From an uncultured bacterium (GTDB taxonomy: Bacteria; Krumholzibacteriota; Krumholzibacteriia; Krumholzibacteriales; Krumholzibacteriaceae), in NCBI GenBank assembly GCA_963786935.1, contig CAWBAN010000001.1:1376001-1440000 (forward strand): DNA of 64,000 nucleotides. Direction: 5' to 3'. Made by a program: the position numbers and the translations under genes. The notes under the pieces were generated by a model, which saw nothing but the letters and a program-made list of their open reading frames with translations, ran no database searches and was not told where the DNA came from. Below are positions 40,110 to 51,346 of the stretch, piece after piece; position 1 is the first letter of the stretch; the number at the start of each line of letters is the position of its first letter.

Positions 40110-41063
40110 ATGAAGAGAACCGTCGCGATGCTCGCTGCGTTCACGGCTCTCGTCGCCGTCTGGGCCGGCGATCTCCCGGCGGCGGCTCCCGCCGCGCTCC
40201 TCCTTTCGTTCACCGGCGACGTCTCCGTCCACCGGAGCGACGGCGCCGTCGTCAAAGCCTCGTACGGCCTGCAGCTCGACGCGGGAGACGAGGTTCGCAC
40301 GGGGCCGAAGGGCGAGGCGGAAATCCATTTCGAGAACGGAACGTGGGTCAAGCTCGGCCCGGGGAGCGAATTGAAAATCAAGGGGAGCGGCGCGGCGAAA
40401 CGGGCGGCGGAGCCGCCGGATACGAAAGGCAGCTTCGAATCGCTTTCGGATTTTCTCAAGCTCCGGGACGCCGGAGGCGTGAGCACGCTCGCGGCGCTCC
40501 GATCGGGGGGAAAACGGCCCGAGATCCGTCTCGAGTCGCCGTGCCAGACGAGGGTGCGCGACGGCCGGCCTTCCTTCGCGTGGAGCGCGACCGACTCGAC
40601 CGCCGAGCTCAGGCTCAAGCTCTACGACGAGGGCGGCGTCCGCTGGCAGCAGGACGTCAAAGGCGCGCGCGAGATCCGGTATCCAGCCGACCGGGAACCG
40701 CTCGTCGCCGGAATCGCGTACTCGTGGACCCTCGAAACGACCGATCCGCTCAAGTTTCCCCCGCTCCGAACGCAGGCGGCGTTCTTCGAGGTGATGCCGT
40801 CTGACGAAGCGCGGCGGGTCGAGGCGGCGGTCGGCGCCGTCGACCGCGCGTCGATCCCGAGCGAATCGGCCTACCGCATCGTGCTCGCGAGCATCTACTT
40901 CGACCACCGGCTCCTCGACGACGCGATCGCCGAAACGGCGGGCGCGCTCGCGATCGATCCGGGCAACCGGGATCTCCATGCGATCCTCGCGCGGCTCTAC
41001 GCGGAGACGGGACGATCGGAAGAAGCGATGAGCGAGTACGACAAGCTCCTCGAGAAGCGCTGA
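40110..41063 (+). CDS. Secreted protein: FecR-like N-terminus, DUF928-like middle, C-terminal TPR
   Basis: Signal peptide; GDV...L.AGDEVRTG...AEIHFENGT.VKLGPGSEL; RPSFAW...YP...PL.AG..YSW; TPR tail. Confidence 0.7.
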   Translation: MKRTVAMLAAFTALVAVWAGDLPAAAPAALLLSFTGDVSVHRSDGAVVKASYGLQLDAGDEVRTGPKGEAEIHFENGTWVKLGPGSELKIKGSGAAKRAAEPPDTKGSFESLSDFLKLRDAGGVSTLAALRSGGKRPEIRLESPCQTRVRDGRPSFAWSATDSTAELRLKLYDEGGVRWQQDVKGAREIRYPADREPLVAGIAYSWTLETTDPLKFPPLRTQAAFFEVMPSDEARRVEAAVGAVDRASIPSESAYRIVLASIYFDHRLLDDAIAETAGALAIDPGNRDLHAILARLYAETGRSEEAMSEYDKLLEKR

Positions 41064-41102
41064 AGGCGCGGCGGCTCACCCTCGCTTCACGGGACGCGCG
41101 AT

Positions 41103-42626
<1,524 letters not shown>

Positions 42627-42708
42627 AGCGAGGCCGCCCACCGGGCGGCCCCGCTCATTGCTCCGCCGCGCGATCGCATCCGGGCGCCTGCCGCCGCGAA
42701 TGCCGACG

Positions 42709-45700
42709 CTACCGCAGCAAAATCATCTTGCGCGACTGCACGTACGATCCCGCCTGCAAGCGGTAGAAATAGATCCCGCTCGCGACGTTCCGCCCGTTCT
42801 CGTTCCGCCCGTCCCAAGCGACGCGATAGAAGCTCGCCTTCAGATCCCGGTCGACGAGGGTCTTGACGCGGCGGCCGCCGACATCATAGACGACGAGCGT
42901 CACGCGGGCGTCCTCGGCGATCGTGAACTTGATCGACGTCGACGGATTGAACGGATTCGGCGCGTTCTGCTCGAGCGAGAACGGCGCGCGGCAGACGACC
43001 GTGCACGGCCCTGAGAGATCCCGCGTCCGCCCTCCCGAGATCGCCTCGAGCTTGTAATAGTAGATCCGGCTCAGCGAAACGTCCGGATCCTTCATCTCGT
43101 ACGACGCGCCTCCCGCCGCTCCCGAAGAGGCCACCGGATCCGCGTTGACCGGTTCGTAGCCGTCGGCCTCGCGCTCGGAGCGCAGCACGTTGAAGCCCTC
43201 GATGTTCTCCTCGATAAGCGTGCTCCACCGCAGCACCGCCGCCTCGTTCTCGAACGCACCGGCGAAGGACGCGAGTGTCACCGCAAGGGGCGCGCTGATC
43301 ATGAACACGTCCTGGCTCATTCCCTGCCCGAGGATCTCCCCTCCCGCCCAGAGCGTGATCATGACGCGGCAGCGATCAGCCATGACCGCGGGAACGCGCC
43401 AGGTGAACGAATGGGCGTCGGGAATCCGCCGCGCGATCAGGAACCAATCGGCCCCGTCGTCGAAGGTGCCGTCGATCGAAACGGAATCGACGCGATAGCC
43501 GCTCGGCGATGTCCAGACGACGGCCGCCGGCGCACCCATCGTGACGATTTCCGCGCACGGATGCTGTACGACCGGTCTGATCGTGCGGATCGTATCGGCC
43601 CCGATGAACGCGCGGTTCCGCGCGGTCCCCGAGATCGCCACCGGAACGTACTCCCCCTGCGGGAGAATGGCCTGGAACGGCGCGCGGTCGAATTTCACGA
43701 CGAGCTCGCGAAGTCCATCGCCGTCCCGGTCCTCGATGCGCGCGTCGGCGCCGGGCGCCACGGGGATCGTGTCCTGCAGGAGCACCGTGGCGATATCGAT
43801 CTCCTCCGGCGCGTACGCCGCCGGCAGCTCGATCCTGCCCTCCACCCACCGTCCTCCCGAACTGAGCTTCAGCGTCCGCGGCGTGACGAGGATATCGGCC
43901 GCGAGCGGCCCGGGCGGCAGCCCCGTGGCGTTGAGGATCGTCACCGTGTTGTCCCCCGCGTTGCAGATGATCGCCCATCCGGACCCCGAGGGATCGAACG
44001 CGATGCACGCGGGATCCTTGCCGGTCGGGACCGTGTGGACCGGCGTGAGCTCGACGACCGGCGGCGGGATTTGCATGCCGGGTTCGATGGCGCCGACGGA
44101 GCCGGTCACCGTCAGCGCATAGGCGACCGCCTCGTCGCTGTCCTCGAAGATGATGTAGAGCATCGCACCGTCCGGCGTGACGACGACGCTCTTGACCGTC
44201 GTTCCCGTCTCCACGGTCGCGACGACCTCGTTCTCCGACGCGCTCCCCGGCTGCACGTCGTAGATGTAGATCGTGCCCGAGGTGCTCAGCACGATGAGGA
44301 GCGCACCGTCCGGCGTGATCGCGACGCTCTTCGTCGACGAGCCGGTCTCCACGGTCGCGACGGCGGCGTTCGAGAGGGCGTCGATGACGACGTATCCCCC
44401 GTCGGTCCCGACGTAGATGCGCGCGCCGTCGGGCGTCACGACGACGCTCTTCGCGGACGAGCCCGTCTCGACGGTCGCGACGACCTGGTGCCACGTCGCG
44501 CTCGCGTCGTCGCCGTCGATCACGCTCACGTCGCTCGAGCCCGCGTTCGCCACGTAGACGCGGCTTCCGTCGGGGTTGACGTCGACGTCGATCGGGTTCG
44601 TGCCGACGGTGATCGTCTGCACGACCGTGTTGAACGTCGTCGAGTCGGGATCGACGACGATCACCGAGACGGTTCCCGATCCGAAGTTGCATATGTACGC
44701 GTACGTGCCCGCCGGATCGATCGCGATCGCGACCGGGTTGTCGCCGACGGAGATGCTCGAATAGCTCGTCTGCCCCTCGACGTCGATCGGAACGACGACG
44801 TCCCCGTCGGGGCTCACCGAATAGGCGAGCGCGCCGTCGGGCGTCACGGCGACGCTCTTCGTCGACGAGCCGGTCTCCACCGTCGCGATGACCTCGTCCA
44901 CGGGGGAAGTGCTCGGCACGAGCACGGTGAAGAACATCGCGTTCGAGGTGTCCGCCCCGCAGGCCACGCGCACCTCGCCGCTGATCGCGTCGGCCGGCAC
45001 CGTGACCTTGAGGGACGTCACTGTCGCCTCGTACGGCGTCACGGCGCGGTCCCTGAAGAGGACCGCGTTGTTTGCCGCGACGGCGTCGAATCCCTGCCCG
45101 GAGAGCACGAGCTTCGCCCCGATCGTACCGCTCGCCGGCGCGACGGAGCTCAGCATGAGCGGCGGTTTCGAGCCGGTGATGAACGATCTGCCGCCCGGGT
45201 TCTCGAGGGCTCCGGCGTCCAGATCAAGGATGCCGCTCGTCCAAACCATCTCGTACGACCTGTCGTAGTCGAGCGCCGTCATCGGGACGAGGGTGACCTT
45301 CTTGTCGCCGTCGGCAAACCCGACGGTCACGGGGATCTTCGCTGCGGCGACCGGATCGAAGACGTAGAACGTCGAATCCGTGATGTTCGTGCGGGCCACG
45401 GCCCTGCTGAACGTCCCCTGAACCGCGGTGGTGACGCTCACGTTCGAGGCGCCGCCGAAGGGCAAAACCTGCACGAGTTGGAGCGGCAGGTATGCCGGAT
45501 CGTCGTAGGAATCGGCGACGAACTGCAGCGGAGATCCGGCGAGCCCGATCGCCTCCACCGAAACGAGCTGGGTCTGCACCCCGACGGTATCCCCGAGCGT
45601 CCATTCGAGCTCGGCGTAGCCGTTCTGATCGGTCGCGACCGTCTGCGTCGTGAGGCCCGATTCGGTGAAGTGCCCCCCACCTCTGGTCACCCTGAACGTC

Positions 45701-48700
45701 AGCGGCACACCCTGGATTCCAACCGTCGCGGTATCCGTCGGCGCGACGAACACCCGCAGGGGCGCGCTGAGGGGCTGACCGACGACGCCGCTCTGCTCGT
45801 TGCCGCCCCTCATCAGGAGGTAGTTGGCGCCGCTGAAGTCATAAACCCAGATGCTGTCGGAGAGCGCGTACTGCGCGACGACGTAGAACCGCGAGCCGTC
45901 CGCCGTGAAATCCATGTCGGTCGCGCCCACGATGCTCATGTCGAACCGCGCGTTCGTGATCTCGTGAGGCGTCGTGTTGAGGTTGATCGTGTAGTAGGCG
46001 CACTTGGGAAGGGCGAGAATCGCCCGATCGCCCCGGGGCGACACGTCGATCTTCGGAACTCCTCTCAGATTGCCGCCGCAATTCGTCGTTAGGATGCCCG
46101 CGACGGCGGGATTGACCGGATCGGACGTGTCGAGCGTCACGACGCTCTCGATCGTCGGCCCGTCCACGCGAACCGTCGCGACGAGGCATTCCCGACCGTC
46201 CGGCGTGAACGTGAGCGCCTGCGGATAGCGCACGGTGCTCATCGTGTCAGGCATCGAGATGCGCCCGACGATCTCGAGGTAACGCGCGTCGAGGGGATTC
46301 GTGTTGAGCACGAGGATGCTGTCTCCGAGGCCGGTCATATACGCGTACCGGCCGCTCGGATGGAAGGCGATCTTCCCCGGTGCGAATCCCTCCAGAAAGG
46401 CGACGGGTCTGTTCTCGTACGCCGAACCGGGCACGATATCGACGACGAAGAGGGTATCCCACGAGGTGGGGTGATGGATCGATAAGAACAGCCTCTCCCC
46501 ATCGGGGCTGATTGCAATGGTATTGATCGAGGCGGGCTCGGTCGGCCCCGGTGTGTACGCGATCCGGCCGATCTCGTAGCCGAAGAGATTCGAGTGGCGA
46601 TTGACGTTGAAACACCGCACGGCGATGTCGTTATCCACATCGATGAACGCCCGCTGCCCGTCCGGCGTGATGGCTATCGTGTTGATTGCGTCATTGCCCC
46701 CTGCGACCGAGCCGATGAACTGGTTGTAATCGGCGCTCTCCGGATCAGTATCGAGAATCGCGGCGGCGCCGTACAGCCCTCCCACCATCAGAAAATCCCC
46801 CGTGGGCGAGAACGCGAGGGCGTCCGTGAACTCCAGTTCCCATTCCGTCGGCACGCCCGAAGCGAGCCGGAGCGCGCCCGAACCCGACGAGGCCTTGAGC
46901 ATCTCGAAGTAGAGGGAGTTCGAAACCTGTCTGTTGCCCGCCGGGAAGACGTCGTCATTCACGATGATCCGGACCGGGCCGCTCTGCGCGTACGTCGGGA
47001 CTCCGACCTCGATCGCGGTGCCCGTGCTGTAGGTGGGCTGGATCCATTCCGCCTCGCCCGTCGGCCCGGCGAACTGCACGCGGATCTTCGCGGGATCCGT
47101 TCCGAATCCCGAGCCCGCCAGCACGAGTCGCGCGCCGAACGGAGCCGCCCTGCGCGAGATGCTCGCGAGCGTCGGCCCGAGCCCGATCGTCGTGACGACG
47201 ATCTGCCTCGTGTCGCGCGTCACCGAGAACGCGTAGAAACCGTCGGGGGATAGATCGATGTCGATCGGGCTCGCGCCGAGATCGATCGTCGCCGCGACGC
47301 TCCGGAACGTAGCGCTGTTCTCGTCGAGATCGATCACGTCGATGTAGTCGAGCTGCTGATTGCACGCGTAGAGATAGAAGCCCCCGGGCGTAATGGTCAT
47401 GCCCCGGTTCGATCCGCCCGTGACGATGTCCTGCACCTTGAAGAGCGGCTCGAGCGACACCACCGTCACGCTTCCCGTGCCGTCGCTCACGTAGGCGCGC
47501 TGGCCGGCCGGATCGATGACGACGTCCTGCGGATCGATGAGAACCGGCACCTGCGCGAGAAGCGTATCGGGGCCGAGATCGAAGACGTTCATCTTCCCGG
47601 CGCCGCTCAGCGTGAGGAGGCGCCGTCCCGCCGGATCGACCGCCATCTTGCCGCGGACGGTGCCGTCCGGAGAGGCGACCGCGCCGATCTGGTTCTCGTA
47701 CGTCGCACTCCCCGATTTCACGTCCCAGATCTGGACTTCTCCGGCGAGTGTGGCGATGTACGCCCGTCCCCCGCCCGGATCGACGCAGATCCCGAGCGGA
47801 TCGGCGGAGAGCTCGTGCTCGGCGACGATCGTGTTGAAGAGCGGGCCGTGGGAAAGATCGGTGTCGATCGTGCAGAGCTTCCGGTTGACGCGGCTCACGG
47901 CGTACACGCGCTTCCCGTCCGGCGTTGCCTCGACCGCCTCGAGCCCGCCCGGGACGGAGATCGTCGTCACGGTCAGATAGCTCTCGAGCCCCGGATCGAT
48001 GACGACGGCCGCGGCGCCCGCGTCGGTGGCGACGTACGCCCACCCGCCGTCGGGGAGCACGGTCAAGGACCGGGGCATCGCGTCCAGCTCCGCCACGCCG
48101 CTCTGGAAACCGCGCGCCACCTCCGTGGCGGAGAGCACGGTGAACGTGACGCCGTCGCTGATCAGCTCGCCGACCGTCACGGTCACGAGATCGGTCGTCG
48201 CGCTCTGGGGCACGCGCACGACGAGCCTGTTCGGAAACGCGTCGACGATCTGCGCCTGCTCGCTTCCGAACAGCACGGTGTTTTCGCTCGGCGTCGCGCT
48301 GAACCCGACGCCGTTTATCACGATGAGGTTCCCGACGACGCCCTTCGCCGGGGAGAGATTCATGATGGCCAGGGGCGGCAGCAGCTCCGTGGTGAAGGTG
48401 GACATGTACGGCAGCTCGAGACCGTTCCCGTACTTGTCGGCGAGCCCCATCCCGAGCGTGAGGTTGTACGATTTCCCGAAGTCGAAGGGAATCGTCGGCG
48501 TGAACGCGATGACGGAATCGTCCTTGAGGAAGGTCGCCTTGCCCGAAATGAAGTGGTTGTCCGCGTCCCTGAGGGCGAAGTTCCCCTGGATGCTCGCGTC
48601 GTCGATCGCCTCGGAGAAGGCGATCATGAGCGCCGCGTCAATCTGCACGTCCTCCGCGCTCTCCGAGGGAGTCATGCTTACGACCGTCGGGTGGCTCGCG

Positions 48701-49860
48701 TCGATGTTCGTGACGATGTCGATATCCGAAACCGTGGAACCGCCCGACACGGCGACCGCCGTCTTGTCGAGGGCGTTGTCCTGCGCGGATTCGGCCTGAT
48801 CGTAGTATTCCGGCGGAAAGACGATGTTCGCGGTCGAATCGACGAGGGCGTTGATGTAGCCCTTCTTGAGGTAACCGATCGCGGCGGTCCCGTCGAGCGG
48901 ATGAATCGCGACGTAATAGCTCCCGTCATCCATCCCGACGAAGGTATAGCTCCCGTCAGGGAGCGTGTAGTCCGCGGCGACGGTGTCTCCGGCCTCGTCG
49001 ATCGCGTACACGATCGCCCCCGGCACCGGGAGGCCGTCTTCCGAGCCGCTCGTCACCGTTCCCGATATCCTGTTCGCCGCCGCGAGCGCCGCCGGCGTGG
49101 CGTACGCCTTGAAGAAGACCAGCTCATCCTCCTTCGAAAGGCTCGCCGCGTCCGTTCCGGCCGGAAGGACAAAGAACATCGTCGACGTCGCCACGGGAGA
49201 GTGCGATATCCCGAACAGGTGCCCCGCCTCGTGCGTCGACACGCTCCGGATATCGATTCCGTTGGCGGGCCCGGCCGAATGCGTCTTGAATCCTTTCACG
49301 GGATTGAAGATCAGATCCGCGTCGACGATCTGGCCGGGAAGATAGCGCGTGCCCTGATACAGGCTGTCAACGGTGAACGACGTCGAGATGCCGACGGCGA
49401 TCACCGCGTTGGAGAACTGGTACTGGTAATCCTCGAACGTGATGAGATTGACGAGGTCGAGCGCAGCGGCCGACGTCTGCTGCGTCGTGCCGCCGTAGCT
49501 CACGGTGAAATCGACCCCCGCGATCGCCGTCCAGGCGTTCAGCGCATTCTGCATGGCGGTGAAATCGCTCCCGTCGTTGATGCTCGGAGCGCCCTTGGCG
49601 TTGATGTAGTACACGAACGGCAGGTCGGCGCTCATCCAGAACTCCGTGTGGCGGGCGCCGGCCGGGTCGTCGATGCATCCGTCGCCGTTGCGATCGAACG
49701 ACGACGCGTTGACCTGGGGACAGAGATCGACCGGGGACGGAACGCCGTCCCTATCGGGATCGTCGGCGATGAGCACGTTTCGATCGGCGCCCGAAAGAGC
49801 GAGGGATCCGAAAAGAAGGATCCCGAGAACGGCGAACAGCAGCATCAAATTGCGTTTCAT
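42709..49860 (-). CDS. Giant secreted multidomain metalloprotease: matrixin-like zincin, Ig-like/IPT domains, three YVTN-type beta-propeller regions, FlgD-Ig/T9SS-type C-terminus
   Basis: Signal peptide; DPDRDGVP/DRNGDGC Ca-loop; HEAGHLFGISH...STM (metzincin Met-turn); TPDG propeller repeats; FSLEQNAPNPFNPST...WDGRN..G..VASGIYFYRL. Confidence 0.9.
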   Translation of the reverse strand: MKRNLMLLFAVLGILLFGSLALSGADRNVLIADDPDRDGVPSPVDLCPQVNASSFDRNGDGCIDDPAGARHTEFWMSADLPFVYYINAKGAPSINDGSDFTAMQNALNAWTAIAGVDFTVSYGGTTQQTSAAALDLVNLITFEDYQYQFSNAVIAVGISTSFTVDSLYQGTRYLPGQIVDADLIFNPVKGFKTHSAGPANGIDIRSVSTHEAGHLFGISHSPVATSTMFFVLPAGTDAASLSKEDELVFFKAYATPAALAAANRISGTVTSGSEDGLPVPGAIVYAIDEAGDTVAADYTLPDGSYTFVGMDDGSYYVAIHPLDGTAAIGYLKKGYINALVDSTANIVFPPEYYDQAESAQDNALDKTAVAVSGGSTVSDIDIVTNIDASHPTVVSMTPSESAEDVQIDAALMIAFSEAIDDASIQGNFALRDADNHFISGKATFLKDDSVIAFTPTIPFDFGKSYNLTLGMGLADKYGNGLELPYMSTFTTELLPPLAIMNLSPAKGVVGNLIVINGVGFSATPSENTVLFGSEQAQIVDAFPNRLVVRVPQSATTDLVTVTVGELISDGVTFTVLSATEVARGFQSGVAELDAMPRSLTVLPDGGWAYVATDAGAAAVVIDPGLESYLTVTTISVPGGLEAVEATPDGKRVYAVSRVNRKLCTIDTDLSHGPLFNTIVAEHELSADPLGICVDPGGGRAYIATLAGEVQIWDVKSGSATYENQIGAVASPDGTVRGKMAVDPAGRRLLTLSGAGKMNVFDLGPDTLLAQVPVLIDPQDVVIDPAGQRAYVSDGTGSVTVVSLEPLFKVQDIVTGGSNRGMTITPGGFYLYACNQQLDYIDVIDLDENSATFRSVAATIDLGASPIDIDLSPDGFYAFSVTRDTRQIVVTTIGLGPTLASISRRAAPFGARLVLAGSGFGTDPAKIRVQFAGPTGEAEWIQPTYSTGTAIEVGVPTYAQSGPVRIIVNDDVFPAGNRQVSNSLYFEMLKASSGSGALRLASGVPTEWELEFTDALAFSPTGDFLMVGGLYGAAAILDTDPESADYNQFIGSVAGGNDAINTIAITPDGQRAFIDVDNDIAVRCFNVNRHSNLFGYEIGRIAYTPGPTEPASINTIAISPDGERLFLSIHHPTSWDTLFVVDIVPGSAYENRPVAFLEGFAPGKIAFHPSGRYAYMTGLGDSILVLNTNPLDARYLEIVGRISMPDTMSTVRYPQALTFTPDGRECLVATVRVDGPTIESVVTLDTSDPVNPAVAGILTTNCGGNLRGVPKIDVSPRGDRAILALPKCAYYTINLNTTPHEITNARFDMSIVGATDMDFTADGSRFYVVAQYALSDSIWVYDFSGANYLLMRGGNEQSGVVGQPLSAPLRVFVAPTDTATVGIQGVPLTFRVTRGGGHFTESGLTTQTVATDQNGYAELEWTLGDTVGVQTQLVSVEAIGLAGSPLQFVADSYDDPAYLPLQLVQVLPFGGASNVSVTTAVQGTFSRAVARTNITDSTFYVFDPVAAAKIPVTVGFADGDKKVTLVPMTALDYDRSYEMVWTSGILDLDAGALENPGGRSFITGSKPPLMLSSVAPASGTIGAKLVLSGQGFDAVAANNAVLFRDRAVTPYEATVTSLKVTVPADAISGEVRVACGADTSNAMFFTVLVPSTSPVDEVIATVETGSSTKSVAVTPDGALAYSVSPDGDVVVPIDVEGQTSYSSISVGDNPVAIAIDPAGTYAYICNFGSGTVSVIVVDPDSTTFNTVVQTITVGTNPIDVDVNPDGSRVYVANAGSSDVSVIDGDDASATWHQVVATVETGSSAKSVVVTPDGARIYVGTDGGYVVIDALSNAAVATVETGSSTKSVAITPDGALLIVLSTSGTIYIYDVQPGSASENEVVATVETGTTVKSVVVTPDGAMLYIIFEDSDEAVAYALTVTGSVGAIEPGMQIPPPVVELTPVHTVPTGKDPACIAFDPSGSGWAIICNAGDNTVTILNATGLPPGPLAADILVTPRTLKLSSGGRWVEGRIELPAAYAPEEIDIATVLLQDTIPVAPGADARIEDRDGDGLRELVVKFDRAPFQAILPQGEYVPVAISGTARNRAFIGADTIRTIRPVVQHPCAEIVTMGAPAAVVWTSPSGYRVDSVSIDGTFDDGADWFLIARRIPDAHSFTWRVPAVMADRCRVMITLWAGGEILGQGMSQDVFMISAPLAVTLASFAGAFENEAAVLRWSTLIEENIEGFNVLRSEREADGYEPVNADPVASSGAAGGASYEMKDPDVSLSRIYYYKLEAISGGRTRDLSGPCTVVCRAPFSLEQNAPNPFNPSTSIKFTIAEDARVTLVVYDVGGRRVKTLVDRDLKASFYRVAWDGRNENGRNVASGIYFYRLQAGSYVQSRKMILLR
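44165..44892 (-). repeat. Four near-identical ~60-nt repeats encoding VATVETG(S/T)xxKSVxxTPDGA propeller blades
   Basis: Copies at about 44165-44227, 44303-44362, 44423-44485 and 44831-44892. Confidence 0.8.
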
Positions 49861-49875
49861 GGCGATCCTCCTTTC

Positions 49876-50424
49876 CTATCGACGGTCGAGAGTTTCGTTG
49901 ATGAATCGATCGAGGGAGACCTTCCGCTGACCGTTCGCCGGCTCGTTCGCGGGCTCCCCGACGACCTCGACGTCATCGAGATCGACTCCCGCGACGAAGG
50001 CCTTCCCCGTTTTCGCGTCGCGCACGATGTCGAATTTTCCCTGCGAGAATCCGGCCACGCTGAACGTGCCGGGGACGTTCGGCTCGAGGAAGAGGAGCAC
50101 CTCCTCGTCCGGCTTCCAGCCGAGCGCGCCCTCGACGTGCATGTTCACGTGGCCGACGATCCCGCCGAGCTGGATGACGCGGGCCTCGCGGAGCGCGCCG
50201 CCCTTGTACGTTTCGGCGACGGCGATCCGCGCCTCGGTGAAGATCTTCGTGTGTTCCGCGTTCCAGTACGAGTTCACGCTCGCGACCGTTCCCCGCACGA
50301 TGTTCGAGGATTCCGCCGCGAGGTCCTTGGGGCTCCGGTAGATGATCTTGGTAGCCTGGCCGGCGGCCGCCAGAATACAAAGAACACCTATCGAAACCCA
50401 CAGGATGCAGGCGCACCGTTTCAT
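49876..50424 (-). CDS. Small secreted protein directly upstream of the giant protease (possibly TIMP-like/OB fold)
   Basis: Signal peptide; DLAAESSNIVRGTV...IFT....V.ETYKG...GG...V.G...DEEVLLFL pattern; GGAGG RBS. Confidence 0.75.
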   Translation of the reverse strand: MKRCACILWVSIGVLCILAAAGQATKIIYRSPKDLAAESSNIVRGTVASVNSYWNAEHTKIFTEARIAVAETYKGGALREARVIQLGGIVGHVNMHVEGALGWKPDEEVLLFLEPNVPGTFSVAGFSQGKFDIVRDAKTGKAFVAGVDLDDVEVVGEPANEPANGQRKVSLDRFINETLDRR

Positions 50425-50660
50425 GGGCTGGTCCTCCCCCCGGTTTCGACGTCTCTGACTCGGAAGCGATCATCGAAGGCGCCGATCGCCCCACGACTCA
50501 GGATTCATTTCAACGAGAAATAATTGCGAAGCGCAGGAGCTGGCAGGGGACGCCGTGCACGCATCTTTCGCAACGGCTTGCAGCGAAGGCTCCCCCCTGG
50601 AATGCTGCATGGATTCCGGAATGTGACGCTGTCCCCCAGTCCCTCGCTCGCTTGCCGAAT

Positions 50661-50689
50661 ATTATACTCCCAATCGGAACCGTTGTAAA
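50661..50689 (-). promoter_or_regulatory. Sigma-70-type promoter giving a ~230-nt leader
   Basis: TTTACA-N17-TATAAT. Confidence 0.65.
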
Positions 50690-50776
50690 CAACATTTGAC
50701 AGGGCTAACTCTTTTTTCCAACGAGGATTAGTGCCGCGAGAGGAGAGCCGAGAACGCGCCGGGCGGAAATTTAAAA

Positions 50777-50851
50777 TGGTGGGGACTGTAGGATTTGAAC
50801 CTACGACTTCTATCGTGTGAGGATAGCACTCTACCGCTGAGTTAAGCCCCC
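50777..50851 (-). tRNA. tRNA-Val (anticodon CAC)
   Basis: GGGGGCTTAACTCAGCGGTAGAGTGCTATCCTCACACGATAGAAGTCGTAGGTTCAAATCCTACAGTCCCCACCA folds as a cloverleaf with encoded CCA; promoter TTGCAA-N17-TACAAT at 50891-50863. Confidence 0.97.
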
Positions 50852-50915
50852 ACGCATATGCAATTGTATAAAACGCGGCGCCCGATTGCAAGCACCGGTA
50901 TCATCGATGAGGATG

Positions 50916-51263
50916 CTATTTATCCGCTTCCCCCGGATCGTCCGATTTTTCGGCATCGTGCGGGTCTTCGAGCTCTTCGGGCGCTTCGGATCCGCCGAAT
51001 TCGAGCTCGCCGGCGCCCCTCCGCTCCTCGTTCTTCCTCATGACGGCCTTCGCCGCATCGAGGTCGCTCTCCTTGACGAAAAGCCTCACCTGACCGAGAC
51101 CGTCGACGGTGAACGGGAGAATGATCGGCGTCACACCGGTGCGGACGGCGACCTCGATTCCCTCGGACTCGAGCATCCCCTTGAGGACCTGCGCCTCGAA
51201 ATCCCCCTGCACCTTCGCGAGCTCGACGAGCTTCTCGTCCCGCTCGTCCTTGGAATTCTTCAT
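50916..51263 (-). CDS. DUF2007-like (putative signal-transducing) small protein
   Basis: FEAQVLKGMLESEGI...GQVRLFVKESDLDAAK pattern and acidic tail; promoter TTGCCC-N17-TATTAT (51313-51285). Confidence 0.75.
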   Translation of the reverse strand: MKNSKDERDEKLVELAKVQGDFEAQVLKGMLESEGIEVAVRTGVTPIILPFTVDGLGQVRLFVKESDLDAAKAVMRKNEERRGAGELEFGGSEAPEELEDPHDAEKSDDPGEADK

Positions 51264-51346
51264 CGTTTTCCTCCCGGCCTTATGATAATACTACCTCCCG
51301 GGAGGGGGGGCAAGACAATGATGCCCCGTACGAGCGGAGAGTCCGG

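Noticed and set aside
44165..44892. CRISPR array or DGR template/variable repeats
   Set aside because: The repeats are in-frame protein repeats with irregular spacing; no cas or reverse transcriptase genes are present.
50520..50600. c-di-GMP-I riboswitch in the exoprotease leader
   Set aside because: Only a loose GCAAGCC...GAAA resemblance; the GGxCGCAAAGC core and tetraloop receptor are not seen.
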